Shown: in pieces, positions 27,160 to 37,570 of the stretch
Layout: each line of letters starts with the position of its first letter
How positions within the stretch are numbered: the stretch's first letter is position 1
NCBI GenBank assembly: GCA_023137195.1
Contig: JAGLPV010000015.1
Location: 27,075-91,074 of the forward strand
Direction: 5' to 3'
Length of the DNA stretch: 64,000 nt
Source of the DNA: Candidatus Aenigmatarchaeota archaeon
Lineage (GTDB): Archaea; EX4484-52
Translations under genes and position numbers: made by a program
The notes under the pieces: model-generated
What the model was told of the DNA's origin: nothing
Database searches by the model: none
What the model saw: only the letters and a program-made list of their open reading frames with translations

Positions 27160-27861
27160 ATGGATAAGAACGCGGCACATGTGGTGTCTCTTGAAGATAT
27201 TGAAAAGAGTGTAAATATTTCTGATAATTTCAAAAAATGCTTTGTAACGCCGACTGGTGTTGAACTTGAAGAAGTTAATGTCATTGGTGTTGTTGCTGAC
27301 TCTCCTTCTAATGAAAAAGAGTACCTGCTTGTAAAAGACAAAACCGGCGAGTGTTATATAAAAATGATATGGCAAAATCAAACCAAAGAAATAAAGGAAG
27401 GAACTATCCTGCATGTAATTGGATTTCTTAATTTCAATGGACAGAAAAAATACATCAATCCTTATATTGTGAAAAAAATAGAAGAAAACCCAGAAGAAAG
27501 GCAAAAGTTAAGAGAACTTGAAATAATTGAATTCTGCAATTATATTGACAAGAATAAGGAAAAATTCTCTTCAAATACAGAAAAATACAAATATGTGTTG
27601 GAGAAAATTATGAAAGGAAAAAAAGATGAAAAGGCAGAAACTATAGAACATAAGGAGAATGGGGATGAAAAAGAAATTACAGAAATCAATATTATTGATA
27701 TCATAAAACAGTTGGACAAGGAAGATAAAGGAGTTTCTTATGTTGATGTTCTTGATAAATTCAGTGATGAGCAAAGAGAGGCAGTGGAAACTGTGATTGA
27801 TTCTTTGCTTGATGAGGGATTATGCTATGAGCCAATAGCGGGAAAAATAAAAGTTCTTTAA
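27160..27861 (+). CDS. OB-fold plus C-terminal winged-helix protein (RPA32/Stn1-like architecture)
   Basis: VNVIGVVADS...LVKDKTGECYIKMIWQ resembles an OB-fold ssDNA-binding core. The C-terminal VSYVDVLDKFSDEQREAVETVIDSLLDEGLCYE resembles a wH domain. The assignment is by pattern only. Confidence 0.4.
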   Translation: MDKNAAHVVSLEDIEKSVNISDNFKKCFVTPTGVELEEVNVIGVVADSPSNEKEYLLVKDKTGECYIKMIWQNQTKEIKEGTILHVIGFLNFNGQKKYINPYIVKKIEENPEERQKLRELEIIEFCNYIDKNKEKFSSNTEKYKYVLEKIMKGKKDEKAETIEHKENGDEKEITEINIIDIIKQLDKEDKGVSYVDVLDKFSDEQREAVETVIDSLLDEGLCYEPIAGKIKVL

Positions 27862-28114
27862 CCATTACGTTTTATCTTAATTTTTGCACAATAAAAGAGT
27901 CTTGCGAAAGTTGCTTCTTTTAATGCATAGAAATCATTATACGCTAATTACATAATTTCCAGATAACAAGCATATTTTTTAACGAAAAATATGGGTAAAC
28001 TTTCATGAAAGTGTCTGAATTTGTACGCAAGATACAATATATACACAATATACACAATGATAAATAGATAATTATAAATAGTTAAAAAATAATAATTCAT
28101 TAAGTGAATAAATT

Positions 28115-30535
28115 ATGAATAGAAAAGATGAATTAATTTTATGGTTTGATCAATTAGGGATTGATGATGTTCCTGTTGTTGGGGGCAAAAATGCCTCCTT
28201 GGGAGAAATGTACAGTAATCTTACAAAAGAGGGAGTGAATATTCCAAACGGCTATGCTGTCACATCTCATTCTTATGAGTTGCTTCTTGATGAAAGCAAC
28301 GCAAAAAACAGGATAAAAGAAATCCTTAAAGATTTAGATACAAAAGACATAAATAATCTTCAGCAAAGGGGAAGGAAAGTAAGAGAAGTGCTTTTGTCAC
28401 TTGAATTCCCGGGAGAATTAAAGCGGGCAATTACAGAAGCATATCACCACCTGGAAAAGCAATATAGCGAAGGTGTTGATGTTGCTGTCAGAAGTTCTGC
28501 TACAGCAGAAGACCTGCCTGATGCATCTTTTGCAGGACAGCAGGAAACTTACCTGAATATTAGCGGAGAGGTATCTCTCTTGGATGCATGCAGGAAATGC
28601 TATGCCTCATTGTTTACTGACAGGGCTATATCCTATCGTGAAGACAAGAATTTTGATCATTTTAACATCGCTCTTTCTATTGGCGTACAGAAGATGGTAA
28701 GAAGCGATATGGCTTCAAGCGGGGTTATGTTTTCTATTGATACAGAGACTGGATTCAACAATGTCGCATTTGTGACCTCTTCTTATGGTCTTGGAGAAAA
28801 TGTTGTTCAGGGTGCTGTCAACCCGGACGAGTTCTATGTGTTCAAGCCAACATTAAAAGAAGGGAAAAAACCGATTATCATGAAAAAAGTCGGCTCGAAA
28901 AAGATAAAAATGATTTACACAAACGACCTAAAACATCCTGTGATAAATGTGCCTACCCCAAAAGCAGACAGGCAAAAATATTCTCTTGATGATGATGAAA
29001 TATTGACGCTTGCAAAATGGGCGTGCATCATTGAAGACCATTACAGCAAAAAGGCAGGCTATCTAAAGCCCATGGACATGGAATGGGCAAAAGACGGTCA
29101 GACCAATGAATTATTTATTGTGCAGGCAAGACCCGAAACAGTCCAGTCAAGAAAAGACGCAAATGTTTATGAAGAATATCATTTAAAAGAAAAAGGCACT
29201 GTCCTTGTGAAAGGATTAAGTGTCGGGGAAAAGATAAGCACAGGCAAATCCCATATAATAAATGATGTAAAAAACATCAACCAGTTCAAGGCAGGAGCAG
29301 TGCTTGTAACAGATATGACTGACCCCGACTGGGAGCCTATAATGAAAATTGCATCTGCTATCGTCACAAACCGCGGCGGGCGTACATGCCATGCGGCAAT
29401 CATCTCAAGGGAACTTGGGATTCCATGCGTTGTCGGGTGCGGCGATGCGACAGAAAAAATAAAAAATAACAAGCCCTTAACTGTCTCCTGCACTTCCGGA
29501 GAAGAAGGAACTGTCTATGACGGAACGCTAAAATATACTGTTGAAAAAATAAACTTGGGCGACATTCCTGAAACAAAGACAAAAATAATGCTTAATCTTG
29601 GATCGCCAGATCAGGCATTCAAATTCTCCTTCCTGCCACAGGAAGGAGTCGGTCTTGCAAGAGAAGAATTTATCATCAATTCTTACATAAAAATCCATCC
29701 TATGGCTTTAATGAATTTCAAAAGCATAAAGAAAGATGAAAAGCACAGGAAACTAGTAGAAAAAATAGAGAAATTGACTATCGGCTATGCTGATAAAAAA
29801 CAATATTTTATTGACAAGCTTGCAGAAGGTGTGAGTACAATTGCTGCTGCATTTTATCCAAAGCCGGTTATTGTACGCCTGTCTGATTTCAAGAGCAATG
29901 AATATGCGAACCTGATTGGAGGAACTCTTTACGAGCCGACAGAAGACAATCCTATGATTGGATGGAGAGGGGCTTCAAGATATTATGATAAAAACTACAG
30001 GGATGCATTTTCTCTTGAATGCCGGGCTCTTAAAAAAGCAAGAGAAGATTTTGGTCTGACAAATATCAAAATAATGATTCCATTCTGCAGGACGGTTGAG
30101 GAAGGAAAAAAAGTGCTTAAAGAAATGGAAAAGAACGGTCTGAAAAAGGGAGAGAATAATTTACAGGTTTATGTAATGTGTGAGATACCTGCTAATGTCA
30201 TACTTGCTGATGAATTTTTGGATGTGTTTGACGGATTTTCAATTGGTTCTAATGATTTGACGCAACTTACACTTGGGCTAGACAGAGACTCTGAACTTGT
30301 AGCTCATATATACGATGAGCGGAATGATGCTGTAAAAAAACTGATAAGAAATGTAATTGAAGTTGCAAACTCCAAGGGCAAATACATCGGAATATGCGGT
30401 CAGGCACCGTCGGATTTCCCTGATTTCGCGGAGTTCCTTGTTGAATGCGGCATAAAGACAATGTCTTTGAACCCGGATACAATTGTCAAGACAAGGATGC
30501 TTGTTGCTGAAAAAGAGAAGAAAATCAATAGATGA
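28115..30535 (+). CDS. ppsA: Phosphoenolpyruvate synthase (pyruvate, water dikinase)
   Basis: 806 aa. Phosphohistidine swivel motif TNRGGRTCHAAIISRELGIPCVVG and a C-terminal PEP-utilising TIM motif (GFSIGSNDLTQ). Confidence 0.92.
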   Translation: MNRKDELILWFDQLGIDDVPVVGGKNASLGEMYSNLTKEGVNIPNGYAVTSHSYELLLDESNAKNRIKEILKDLDTKDINNLQQRGRKVREVLLSLEFPGELKRAITEAYHHLEKQYSEGVDVAVRSSATAEDLPDASFAGQQETYLNISGEVSLLDACRKCYASLFTDRAISYREDKNFDHFNIALSIGVQKMVRSDMASSGVMFSIDTETGFNNVAFVTSSYGLGENVVQGAVNPDEFYVFKPTLKEGKKPIIMKKVGSKKIKMIYTNDLKHPVINVPTPKADRQKYSLDDDEILTLAKWACIIEDHYSKKAGYLKPMDMEWAKDGQTNELFIVQARPETVQSRKDANVYEEYHLKEKGTVLVKGLSVGEKISTGKSHIINDVKNINQFKAGAVLVTDMTDPDWEPIMKIASAIVTNRGGRTCHAAIISRELGIPCVVGCGDATEKIKNNKPLTVSCTSGEEGTVYDGTLKYTVEKINLGDIPETKTKIMLNLGSPDQAFKFSFLPQEGVGLAREEFIINSYIKIHPMALMNFKSIKKDEKHRKLVEKIEKLTIGYADKKQYFIDKLAEGVSTIAAAFYPKPVIVRLSDFKSNEYANLIGGTLYEPTEDNPMIGWRGASRYYDKNYRDAFSLECRALKKAREDFGLTNIKIMIPFCRTVEEGKKVLKEMEKNGLKKGENNLQVYVMCEIPANVILADEFLDVFDGFSIGSNDLTQLTLGLDRDSELVAHIYDERNDAVKKLIRNVIEVANSKGKYIGICGQAPSDFPDFAEFLVECGIKTMSLNPDTIVKTRMLVAEKEKKINR

Positions 30536-30560
30536 TTGTTTGTTTAGCAAACACAAAATT

Positions 30561-30642
30561 AATCCACGGATGCGGGAATGCAGGAAAATCTCTATGATTT
30601 TTTGTACATTCAATTTCATTGAATGACATATGAGAATCCACG
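30561..30642. repeat. Intergenic hairpin element, family 2, copy b (inverted relative to copy a)
   Basis: aatccacggatgcg ... ttttttgtacattcaat-ttc-attgaatgac ... gaatccacg aligns with the reverse complement of 8191..8261. Confidence 0.5.
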
Positions 30643-30660
30643 AGAAATCAATTGTTTTTA

Positions 30661-31827
30661 TTAGCTATATGAGCAATTCGCCATGAGATAAATCAGGCTG
30701 CTGTATCCTCCTTTTGCAATCCCATAAGGGATGTTTAGCCACCAGAAAAGTGTTTTGTTCTCTCCTGTTGAAAGAGGAATATTATCGTAGTTGAGTTTTT
30801 GCCAGGATTCAGACATATTTCTTGCCGTGGCAACTGTGTTGTAAATGTTCCATTTTAGTTCATAGACAGGGATGTAATATACTACGCCATCATCGTTTAG
30901 AATCCCGTCGTCATTTGTCAGGTTTTCTCCTTTTATCCACAGATATTCTGCTTCCCCGGAATTTGAGTCAACACTAATGTTGTAGTAGTAATTATTGTTT
31001 TGAGGTGCCGCGATGCCGGAATCTCCCGGGTCATTAAGACCAAAGTCTACCTCATCAAAATGAGTTGTTATTGTGATGATGATTGCTGACTCAACTGTTG
31101 AGTCTGCTGTGTTGTTGTCTGGTATGCTGGCATTAGTTGATTCAAATATAACATCTATTTCATAAGTCTTATGCAAATCTGCTGTTGTATTGACAGTCCA
31201 GTTAATATAGCAGATTTCGTCTTTTTCAAGAGGGTTATTTGAACAGTTTTGGGCGTTTGTTCCGGAGGGCAGGTAGAATGGTTTGGCTCCTGTTGTGGTG
31301 TTGATGTCTTCATCGGGAAGAGATGTTGTTTTGTTGTATCTTACTCTTGCAGAAACATTTGAGCAGTTGGCATACATGCATACAACACTTGCATTTACAA
31401 CAAAAGTCCTGTTCTGGGGAACGCTGGTGGTGTCCTCAGGGATAATAATGGTTGGAAAAATACGAGGGTATTTTGTTGTATTTATTGTAATGAATTGCCT
31501 CTGGCTCTGGTTGGAGTTTCCTGTCGTGTTTTGAGCCCAAACAGTATAATTATAGGTGTGATCAGATAAACCAGTCATGTTTATATACCAGTTCGTTGTT
31601 GAAGAATTATCCATTGTGATATTTGTAAATCCGGATGCGTTGCCCCATTCGATTAATGCCTGATTTAACGGTTCGTCAGATGTTATATTAATGTAGGTAT
31701 ACTTATCGTTTGTTGTCGTTCCATTATTTTCTGTAGGTAGGACAAAAGTGACCGTCGGGATGGCGTAAGAAAAAGGAATAATAACAGCAATCAAGAGTCC
31801 CAAGTACAATAAAATACCTTTTATCAT
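30661..31827 (-). CDS. Secreted sequon-rich hypothetical surface protein
   Basis: N-terminal signal/anchor MIKGILLYLGLLIAVIIPFSYA and many N-x-S/T sites. No catalytic motif recognised. Confidence 0.5.
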   Translation of the reverse strand: MIKGILLYLGLLIAVIIPFSYAIPTVTFVLPTENNGTTTNDKYTYINITSDEPLNQALIEWGNASGFTNITMDNSSTTNWYINMTGLSDHTYNYTVWAQNTTGNSNQSQRQFITINTTKYPRIFPTIIIPEDTTSVPQNRTFVVNASVVCMYANCSNVSARVRYNKTTSLPDEDINTTTGAKPFYLPSGTNAQNCSNNPLEKDEICYINWTVNTTADLHKTYEIDVIFESTNASIPDNNTADSTVESAIIITITTHFDEVDFGLNDPGDSGIAAPQNNNYYYNISVDSNSGEAEYLWIKGENLTNDDGILNDDGVVYYIPVYELKWNIYNTVATARNMSESWQKLNYDNIPLSTGENKTLFWWLNIPYGIAKGGYSSLIYLMANCSYS

Positions 31828-31828
31828 A

Positions 31829-33043
31829 TTATCTCTTTATATTTTCTTTTACCATGCTATTGGGCATAACTCTTGCGTTTGACTCTATCAAAACACCAGG
31901 CATAAAATTTACATTTGTCCCGACGTCAATATCATCCCCGCATATTATTCCAAGACTTGTAATTCCTGTATTTATGTGCTTCTTTTTTGCTTCGATAAAG
32001 CACTGGATTTGAGGACGTATGCCTTGTTTTCTAAACAGGCGGTTTGAAGTTATGCATCCTGCCCCAAACCTACAGTTTTGTCCTATTACTGAGTCGCCGA
32101 TATAACTTCTGTGAATTGAAGTACCCGAATAAATAACTGAATTCTTGATTTCGCTGTGTGCCCCGACTACAACATCATCTTCTACATTTGTATAATCCCT
32201 TACAACTGAATGATTTCCGATAACGCAGTTGTCCCCAACATAGACATTGTTTTTTACAATAGCCCCTTCCATCAGGATTGTGTTTTTTCCTATATAAACA
32301 TTTTTGCCGATTATCGCGGATTTGGCTATCTTCGCGCTTTTGCTGATGCCGGGTTTTAAAAAAGAATCAAAAATACTGTTTTTTATCGCAAGAAGATGGA
32401 AAGGATATTTTATGGAATTTAATTCTTCTTTGATTATTTTTACCTCCACCTTATTACTTTCAAGAAGGATGTTGAGAGCTTCTTCAAAATTATATTCTGA
32501 TGGTTTTTGATTATCCAGAATATTGAGAAATTCTTTTGACAAATGATAGAGACCTACTATCCTGGTATCTGACGGCTCTTTTCCTTTCGCGGGTTTTTCA
32601 ACTATTTTTTTGGGCTTGTTGTTTTTGAATTCAAAGATACCGTATAATTGAGGGGTGGTTGTTTTTTTCCCAAGCAAGACGTCTTTGTTGTCGAGCATTT
32701 TTTTCATTAATGTGTCGCAGGCAAAGTGGTTTGGGAAAACAAGAAAAAAATCATCATTTATCTGCTTTTTGGCGCAAAGTAGTGCATTTCCCATCCCGCC
32801 GGGATTTTTTTGCTCTGCAAAACTAATGTGTATTTCTTTTTTCCTGTATTTTTCAAAATCAATTGCTTTTTCGTTGAAGTCCGGTCTTTTTACTATTATT
32901 ATGTCTTTTGTGATTTTTGAAGCTGAGTCTATTGTGTATTCCAGCAGGGTTTTGCCGCATATTTTGCTGAATGACTTGTGTTTGTCCTGTCCAAGTGGCC
33001 AGAATCTTGATGAATTCCCGCCGCATAAAATTACTGTCTGCAT
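31829..33043 (-). CDS. Bifunctional sugar-1-phosphate nucleotidyltransferase / left-handed beta-helix acyltransferase (GlmU-like)
   Basis: N-terminal ILCGGNSSRFWPLG nucleotidyltransferase loop. C-terminal hexapeptide repeats (IGKNVYIGKNTIL..VGDNCVIGNHSVV..VGAHSEIKNSVI). Confidence 0.75.
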   Translation of the reverse strand: MQTVILCGGNSSRFWPLGQDKHKSFSKICGKTLLEYTIDSASKITKDIIIVKRPDFNEKAIDFEKYRKKEIHISFAEQKNPGGMGNALLCAKKQINDDFFLVFPNHFACDTLMKKMLDNKDVLLGKKTTTPQLYGIFEFKNNKPKKIVEKPAKGKEPSDTRIVGLYHLSKEFLNILDNQKPSEYNFEEALNILLESNKVEVKIIKEELNSIKYPFHLLAIKNSIFDSFLKPGISKSAKIAKSAIIGKNVYIGKNTILMEGAIVKNNVYVGDNCVIGNHSVVRDYTNVEDDVVVGAHSEIKNSVIYSGTSIHRSYIGDSVIGQNCRFGAGCITSNRLFRKQGIRPQIQCFIEAKKKHINTGITSLGIICGDDIDVGTNVNFMPGVLIESNARVMPNSMVKENIKR

Positions 33044-33044
33044 A

Positions 33045-33404
33045 TTATTTCCTGGTTTTGATATTTAAAAATGTATTAAACTTCTTCTGCGTTCCGCTTA
33101 CTTCCCGGATATTTATTATTATTTTGCAATTGTTCAGTTCTTTTATGTTTGCAAGTGCAAATTCTACCTGCTCTACATGATTGTAGTTGCACATCACGAT
33201 AAAATAAACTTCTTTATTTTGCTCTTTTACCTGGATTATTTTTGCATTTGTTTTTGCTGAGCCGATATCGCCGTATAAAGAAAAAATTTGTTTTGATAGA
33301 GTTATCCTAATTTCTTTGCCTGCGTCCATGCCTTCTTTTTTTTCGACATTTATCAGCCTGCATAGGAGATATCTTTTTTTGTCTCGCATGGATTTTGGAA
33401 GCAT
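33045..33404 (-). CDS. rnp2: RNase P protein component 2 (Pop5 homolog)
   Basis: MLPKSMRDKKRYLLCRL start and a 119-aa size match archaeal Pop5/Rnp2. Confidence 0.7.
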   Translation of the reverse strand: MLPKSMRDKKRYLLCRLINVEKKEGMDAGKEIRITLSKQIFSLYGDIGSAKTNAKIIQVKEQNKEVYFIVMCNYNHVEQVEFALANIKELNNCKIIINIREVSGTQKKFNTFLNIKTRK

Positions 33405-33453
33405 AAGGACACTTTGCTTTTAAGTTTAAATATATAATGATTTATATATTCTT

Positions 33454-36400
33454 ATGAGAAAAGCTCAAGTTTTACCCCTTAGTCTAATCGTGATAACGTT
33501 AATTCTTACTATTTATTATGTCGGCGGGACATTTTTCAAGGATGTCTCTCTCACAAAACAAGAAACAATGAATTATTATGTGGAAAATGCAAATGAAAAC
33601 GTGCAATTGATTAAACAGGCATTTGAAAAAACGGCATTATTCTGGGGGGTTATGAAAACTGCGGATGAGTTGGCTGAGAGCGGGGGAATTAGCAGTGCTG
33701 ACCTTGCCCTCGGTGCTGCAGACTCTGATAATTTCTGCCCACGGATGAACACTTCTTTAATAGGAGGAGAGAATATACTATACTGGGCATTGGCAGGAAA
33801 CAAGAGGATTGTAAAAAGAGTGCCTTTTATATATTATCTTGACAAAGAAACAACCGCCTATGATGTTACATTTCCTCTCCTTAATAAAGCCCAGCACGAG
33901 CAATATCTGAAAGATGTATCTAATAAGGTTTACAATTTGTCTATGACTATCCAGGTGTTATTCCTGAAACATGGAACAGTCAACATCACTTTTAACCAGG
34001 ATACGAGATATGCCACGTATATTATTGATGATACAGAAAAAGACGGGATTTATGAAATAAATTTCTTAAATGATAGTTTTATTCGCTCAACAAATGATGT
34101 TGATATAAGCATTAGAGGGGAAGATACAGCAGGAAACGTTGAAAAAATCGCAAAAATAAAGCAGATTGTCGTCTCAATATATAATGGGACTGTTGTTTTT
34201 GGACCTAATTCAATATTAAACAGTCACCTTACTGCCCCTGTAGCAAACCTTAATACAGAACTTGGCATAAATGCAGACGAAGAGATAAAAATATCTGTAG
34301 GCACTTTTGATGGTTCTTTTTCAAGAAAAACAACAAGTCCTAACAGTCCGGTATCTTCGCTTATGTGGGCAAGTGATGTGGGAATTGTCGCTACAATGAA
34401 AGATCCTTTTGATGATTCTGTTGATGCAGTCAAGATCAGGAGTAGGGGTCTTGTTGATGAAGATGTGTATATTCGGTACTGGTACCTGTACGATGCAGGG
34501 ATTTATTTTATAAACAATCTCGATGGATTGGTCAAGGCAAGGATTTGGGATAGGTTAAATACACTTGAGGATTATTATACAGACGTAGGTGATCAAGTTT
34601 GTGGGAAACCCGGGTGTCAAGTCAATGATAGTAGCACACGATCTTATTCAGAAGAGGATATTTATGATGAAATAGATGCCGGTCTTTCAGCATTAACTAC
34701 TCGTCTAAATAATGCGTATAGTTCTGCGGGCATAGAGTGGAGTGTATCTGCACCAAGAGCAATGCTTGATGATACGTCATTAGATACCAATTATAAGCAT
34801 ATGTGCAGTTCTTCTGTTGAAACAAATAGAACTGGCAATATAGTATATAAAGACAGTTACTTGAGCAAATGCACTCAAGACGGGACGTTATGTGGTGGGA
34901 AAACATGCATTAGAAGGAAGTCCTGTCCTACTTGTTATTACACTGTTGGGTGGCAGAATAAAAAATATAATACATGCACTTATTATTATGGTCATATATA
35001 TATTGTAAAAAATATCCCTGTCCTTGTAGAAATAACAGACACAAAATATCAAATTACTGACTCAAACGGGAATCAAAAAAATCCTACGATTAAATTCTTT
35101 GCAGAGATAGATAAAGTACAAGACAATTGCTGCAATAGCGGCAATACAGTATGCAGTTCATTAAGAAACAGCCATTGTTCAAATCCGTATGGGAAAATAA
35201 CTCCTGTTGCGCCTCCAGAGGTAAATCTTCCTCTTAATATTACCGATGTATTTGTATCTGATATAAATGAAAACAATGTGACAATAAACTGGCAATCAAC
35301 AAAGGATGCCACTTCTGTGCTCGTGGTTAAAAATTCATTGGGTGCTACTGTCTATTCCCATGCATATTCTTTAGATACTTTATTTGACCAAATAGTGACT
35401 GGTCTTGCAGAGGATCAGGTGTATACTTACGATATCACTGTAACTTCCGGGGCAGTAACAGATTCCTATTCTGATACGTTCACAACACATAAGACAGATA
35501 CTCCTCCTTCACCCGATCCTTTTTGCACCATAACAATAAATCCTCCTGTTGGTGGAGCTATCCTTTCGGGAACTGTAACTATAACTGCAACAGTAACCTG
35601 TCCTCCGGCCATAGGCAATATAGTTGCGGCAGATAATGTTTCATTTATGCTGGAGCAAGATTACGCACCAACCAGTTCTGCCTTGGCAGGACTAACAGCG
35701 ACATATAATCTAAATTGGGACTCTGAAGTAATATTAGAGGATGGATGGAAAAATATAAGCGCAAAATTCACAAAAACTGGGAAAAGTGTAAATGATAGAA
35801 TTCTTGTGATATTGAACAACGGTCAGGTTACATTGAATGTCAATGATATTGAAATAATACAGATGTCACTCACAACAGTAGATGTTATCGTTGACTTAAA
35901 CAAAGGCAGTCCGATGGTGACAACTCCTAAGCTTCTGAACCCAGATGATACAGACACGGGCATAATCCCTACTGAATCGCCTGCCAATACATATACATTT
36001 AGTCTTGCTGGTCTTAGTCCAGACACACACTATCCTACCACCGGAGCTAATGATAATTATACTTTTTATGCAACTGATGGAGCAGATATAGTGGAGAGGA
36101 ATATTTCATTTACAACAAACCCAAAAATTACCATTTCTACACTGGATACAACAGCAGAGGTTGTTGTTGAGACTACCCGGTCTGCATTAACCATGAAATT
36201 AGAAGATCATAATGGTGTTGGTGCAGGACCGCCGAACCAGATAGGAAACATATATACTTTCAATCTTAATGGGCTCAGCGCAGACACTCGCTATCCTCAC
36301 CCAACAGATATGACAAAATTTTATACTCTTAAAATAAATGATGCCGGAACAATAGAGGAATGTGATAGTCTTTGGTTCCAGACAAAGACATCATGCAAAA

Positions 36401-36690
36401 TAGAGATAATAACGCCTTCTTCCGGGATTGTTAAAGGAATAAAGACAATACAAGTAGATGTAACGGAATGTCCTAATGATATTACGGAAAATGTTAATGT
36501 TATTGTTAATGGTGGGGTTTTTTCAACAGTGATTAGTCCATCTTTTACTGGTCCAGACCACACGAAATCAGAATACATAACTTCATGGAATACCGCTATG
36601 GATGTAAATGGAACTTATGATCTTGATGCTTCTTTTACAAAGTTAGGCAAAACAATAACCGATAGTATAATTGTAACAATAGACAATTGA
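33454..36690 (+). CDS. Giant extracellular protein with FN3/Ig-like repeats
   Basis: N-terminal hydrophobic anchor. An FN3-like segment (NITDVFVSDINENNVTINWQSTKDATSVLVV). Two related Cys-bracketed Ig-like modules (CTITINPPVGGAILSGTVTITATVTC and CKIEIITPSSGIVKGIKTIQVDVTEC). Confidence 0.55.
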   Translation: MRKAQVLPLSLIVITLILTIYYVGGTFFKDVSLTKQETMNYYVENANENVQLIKQAFEKTALFWGVMKTADELAESGGISSADLALGAADSDNFCPRMNTSLIGGENILYWALAGNKRIVKRVPFIYYLDKETTAYDVTFPLLNKAQHEQYLKDVSNKVYNLSMTIQVLFLKHGTVNITFNQDTRYATYIIDDTEKDGIYEINFLNDSFIRSTNDVDISIRGEDTAGNVEKIAKIKQIVVSIYNGTVVFGPNSILNSHLTAPVANLNTELGINADEEIKISVGTFDGSFSRKTTSPNSPVSSLMWASDVGIVATMKDPFDDSVDAVKIRSRGLVDEDVYIRYWYLYDAGIYFINNLDGLVKARIWDRLNTLEDYYTDVGDQVCGKPGCQVNDSSTRSYSEEDIYDEIDAGLSALTTRLNNAYSSAGIEWSVSAPRAMLDDTSLDTNYKHMCSSSVETNRTGNIVYKDSYLSKCTQDGTLCGGKTCIRRKSCPTCYYTVGWQNKKYNTCTYYYGHIYIVKNIPVLVEITDTKYQITDSNGNQKNPTIKFFAEIDKVQDNCCNSGNTVCSSLRNSHCSNPYGKITPVAPPEVNLPLNITDVFVSDINENNVTINWQSTKDATSVLVVKNSLGATVYSHAYSLDTLFDQIVTGLAEDQVYTYDITVTSGAVTDSYSDTFTTHKTDTPPSPDPFCTITINPPVGGAILSGTVTITATVTCPPAIGNIVAADNVSFMLEQDYAPTSSALAGLTATYNLNWDSEVILEDGWKNISAKFTKTGKSVNDRILVILNNGQVTLNVNDIEIIQMSLTTVDVIVDLNKGSPMVTTPKLLNPDDTDTGIIPTESPANTYTFSLAGLSPDTHYPTTGANDNYTFYATDGADIVERNISFTTNPKITISTLDTTAEVVVETTRSALTMKLEDHNGVGAGPPNQIGNIYTFNLNGLSADTRYPHPTDMTKFYTLKINDAGTIEECDSLWFQTKTSCKIEIITPSSGIVKGIKTIQVDVTECPNDITENVNVIVNGGVFSTVISPSFTGPDHTKSEYITSWNTAMDVNGTYDLDASFTKLGKTITDSIIVTIDN

Positions 36691-36691
36691 A

Positions 36692-37567
36692 TCAGACAAA
36701 ACAAGATAGGATGAGTCCCAGAACCACGAAAACAGACAGATTAATTGTTTTTTGTATCTTTAATGTATCAATACCACCTGCTTTTAATTTTTCAATATCC
36801 TGGTGTGTTATTGGTCGAAAAGGAGAGATGACCTCTTTTTTATTCATGTAATTGTTCATCATCTTCTGACGGAAAATTGAATTTATGAACATTGGAATAT
36901 TCTGCCTCGTGAATTTTTCTTTTGTTCGGATTACAAACTCCGCGGGAATCATGCCGGCTCGCAACTGGTTTGTCGGGCACCATATTGAAAAAGAATCTGT
37001 GATTACATTAAATGCGAAAACAGCAAATAGCAAGACCAGGGAATTTTCCAGTGAAGCAATTGAATTCAATGCAATGAAAAAATACATATCTGCAAGGAAA
37101 TAAAGCAGCATTTTGTTTTTATTCAACAATTTCATTGTTTTGTTTTTGCCCATCCTGTTCAAAAAAACCTCTATGCAGAAGAATAAAAGGGCAGATAAAA
37201 TAAAGGAGATTCTTTGGTTTTTCAATACGACCATGAAAAGGGAATTGTAAAAGAACATTGCAAGAAAAAAAGAATAATAATATTCTATCTGCTTTCTTGT
37301 TTTGCTGGGGTATTTTACCTGCTCCTCTTCTTTGTAGAATATTGTTTTTTTGGAAAGAGAGTATAGAAATACATAAGCAAAATACAAAATTACTGTGTTT
37401 TTAAGTACGCTTTCTGCGATGTATGGGTTTGGGTTAAAGAAGAACAAAACCAAGACTCCGGTAAAATAAAGGGTTGCTGTCTTTCTGCCCATTACTTTTA
37501 GAAAAACCAAAATCAGGCAAATCAATATTAATTTTGCCATGACAATAAATAATGGTGGTATAATCAT
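36692..37567 (-). CDS. Polytopic membrane protein, last gene of the radical-SAM peptide operon
   Basis: 291 aa with about 7 hydrophobic helices and a soluble basic insert before the last helix. Its ATG lies 3 nt after the stop of the upstream rSAM gene. No family motif recognised. Confidence 0.5.
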   Translation of the reverse strand: MIIPPLFIVMAKLILICLILVFLKVMGRKTATLYFTGVLVLFFFNPNPYIAESVLKNTVILYFAYVFLYSLSKKTIFYKEEEQVKYPSKTRKQIEYYYSFFLAMFFYNSLFMVVLKNQRISFILSALLFFCIEVFLNRMGKNKTMKLLNKNKMLLYFLADMYFFIALNSIASLENSLVLLFAVFAFNVITDSFSIWCPTNQLRAGMIPAEFVIRTKEKFTRQNIPMFINSIFRQKMMNNYMNKKEVISPFRPITHQDIEKLKAGGIDTLKIQKTINLSVFVVLGLILSCFV

Positions 37568-37570
37568 AAT

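Noticed and set aside
33454-33540. Class III (type IV pilin-like) signal peptide on the 1078-aa surface protein (MRKAQVLPLSLIV...)
   Set aside because: K-A-Q followed by a hydrophobic stretch is close to the prepilin cleavage pattern. However, a Pro at the +3 position after the putative cleavage site breaks the usual consensus, and the protein is far larger than pilins.
36692-37567. Membrane protein as archaeosortase or prepilin (A24) peptidase
   Set aside because: It has no Cys-Ser-Gly-type archaeosortase/exosortase active-site motif and no GxGDxK-type A24 Asp motif. Its function is left open.
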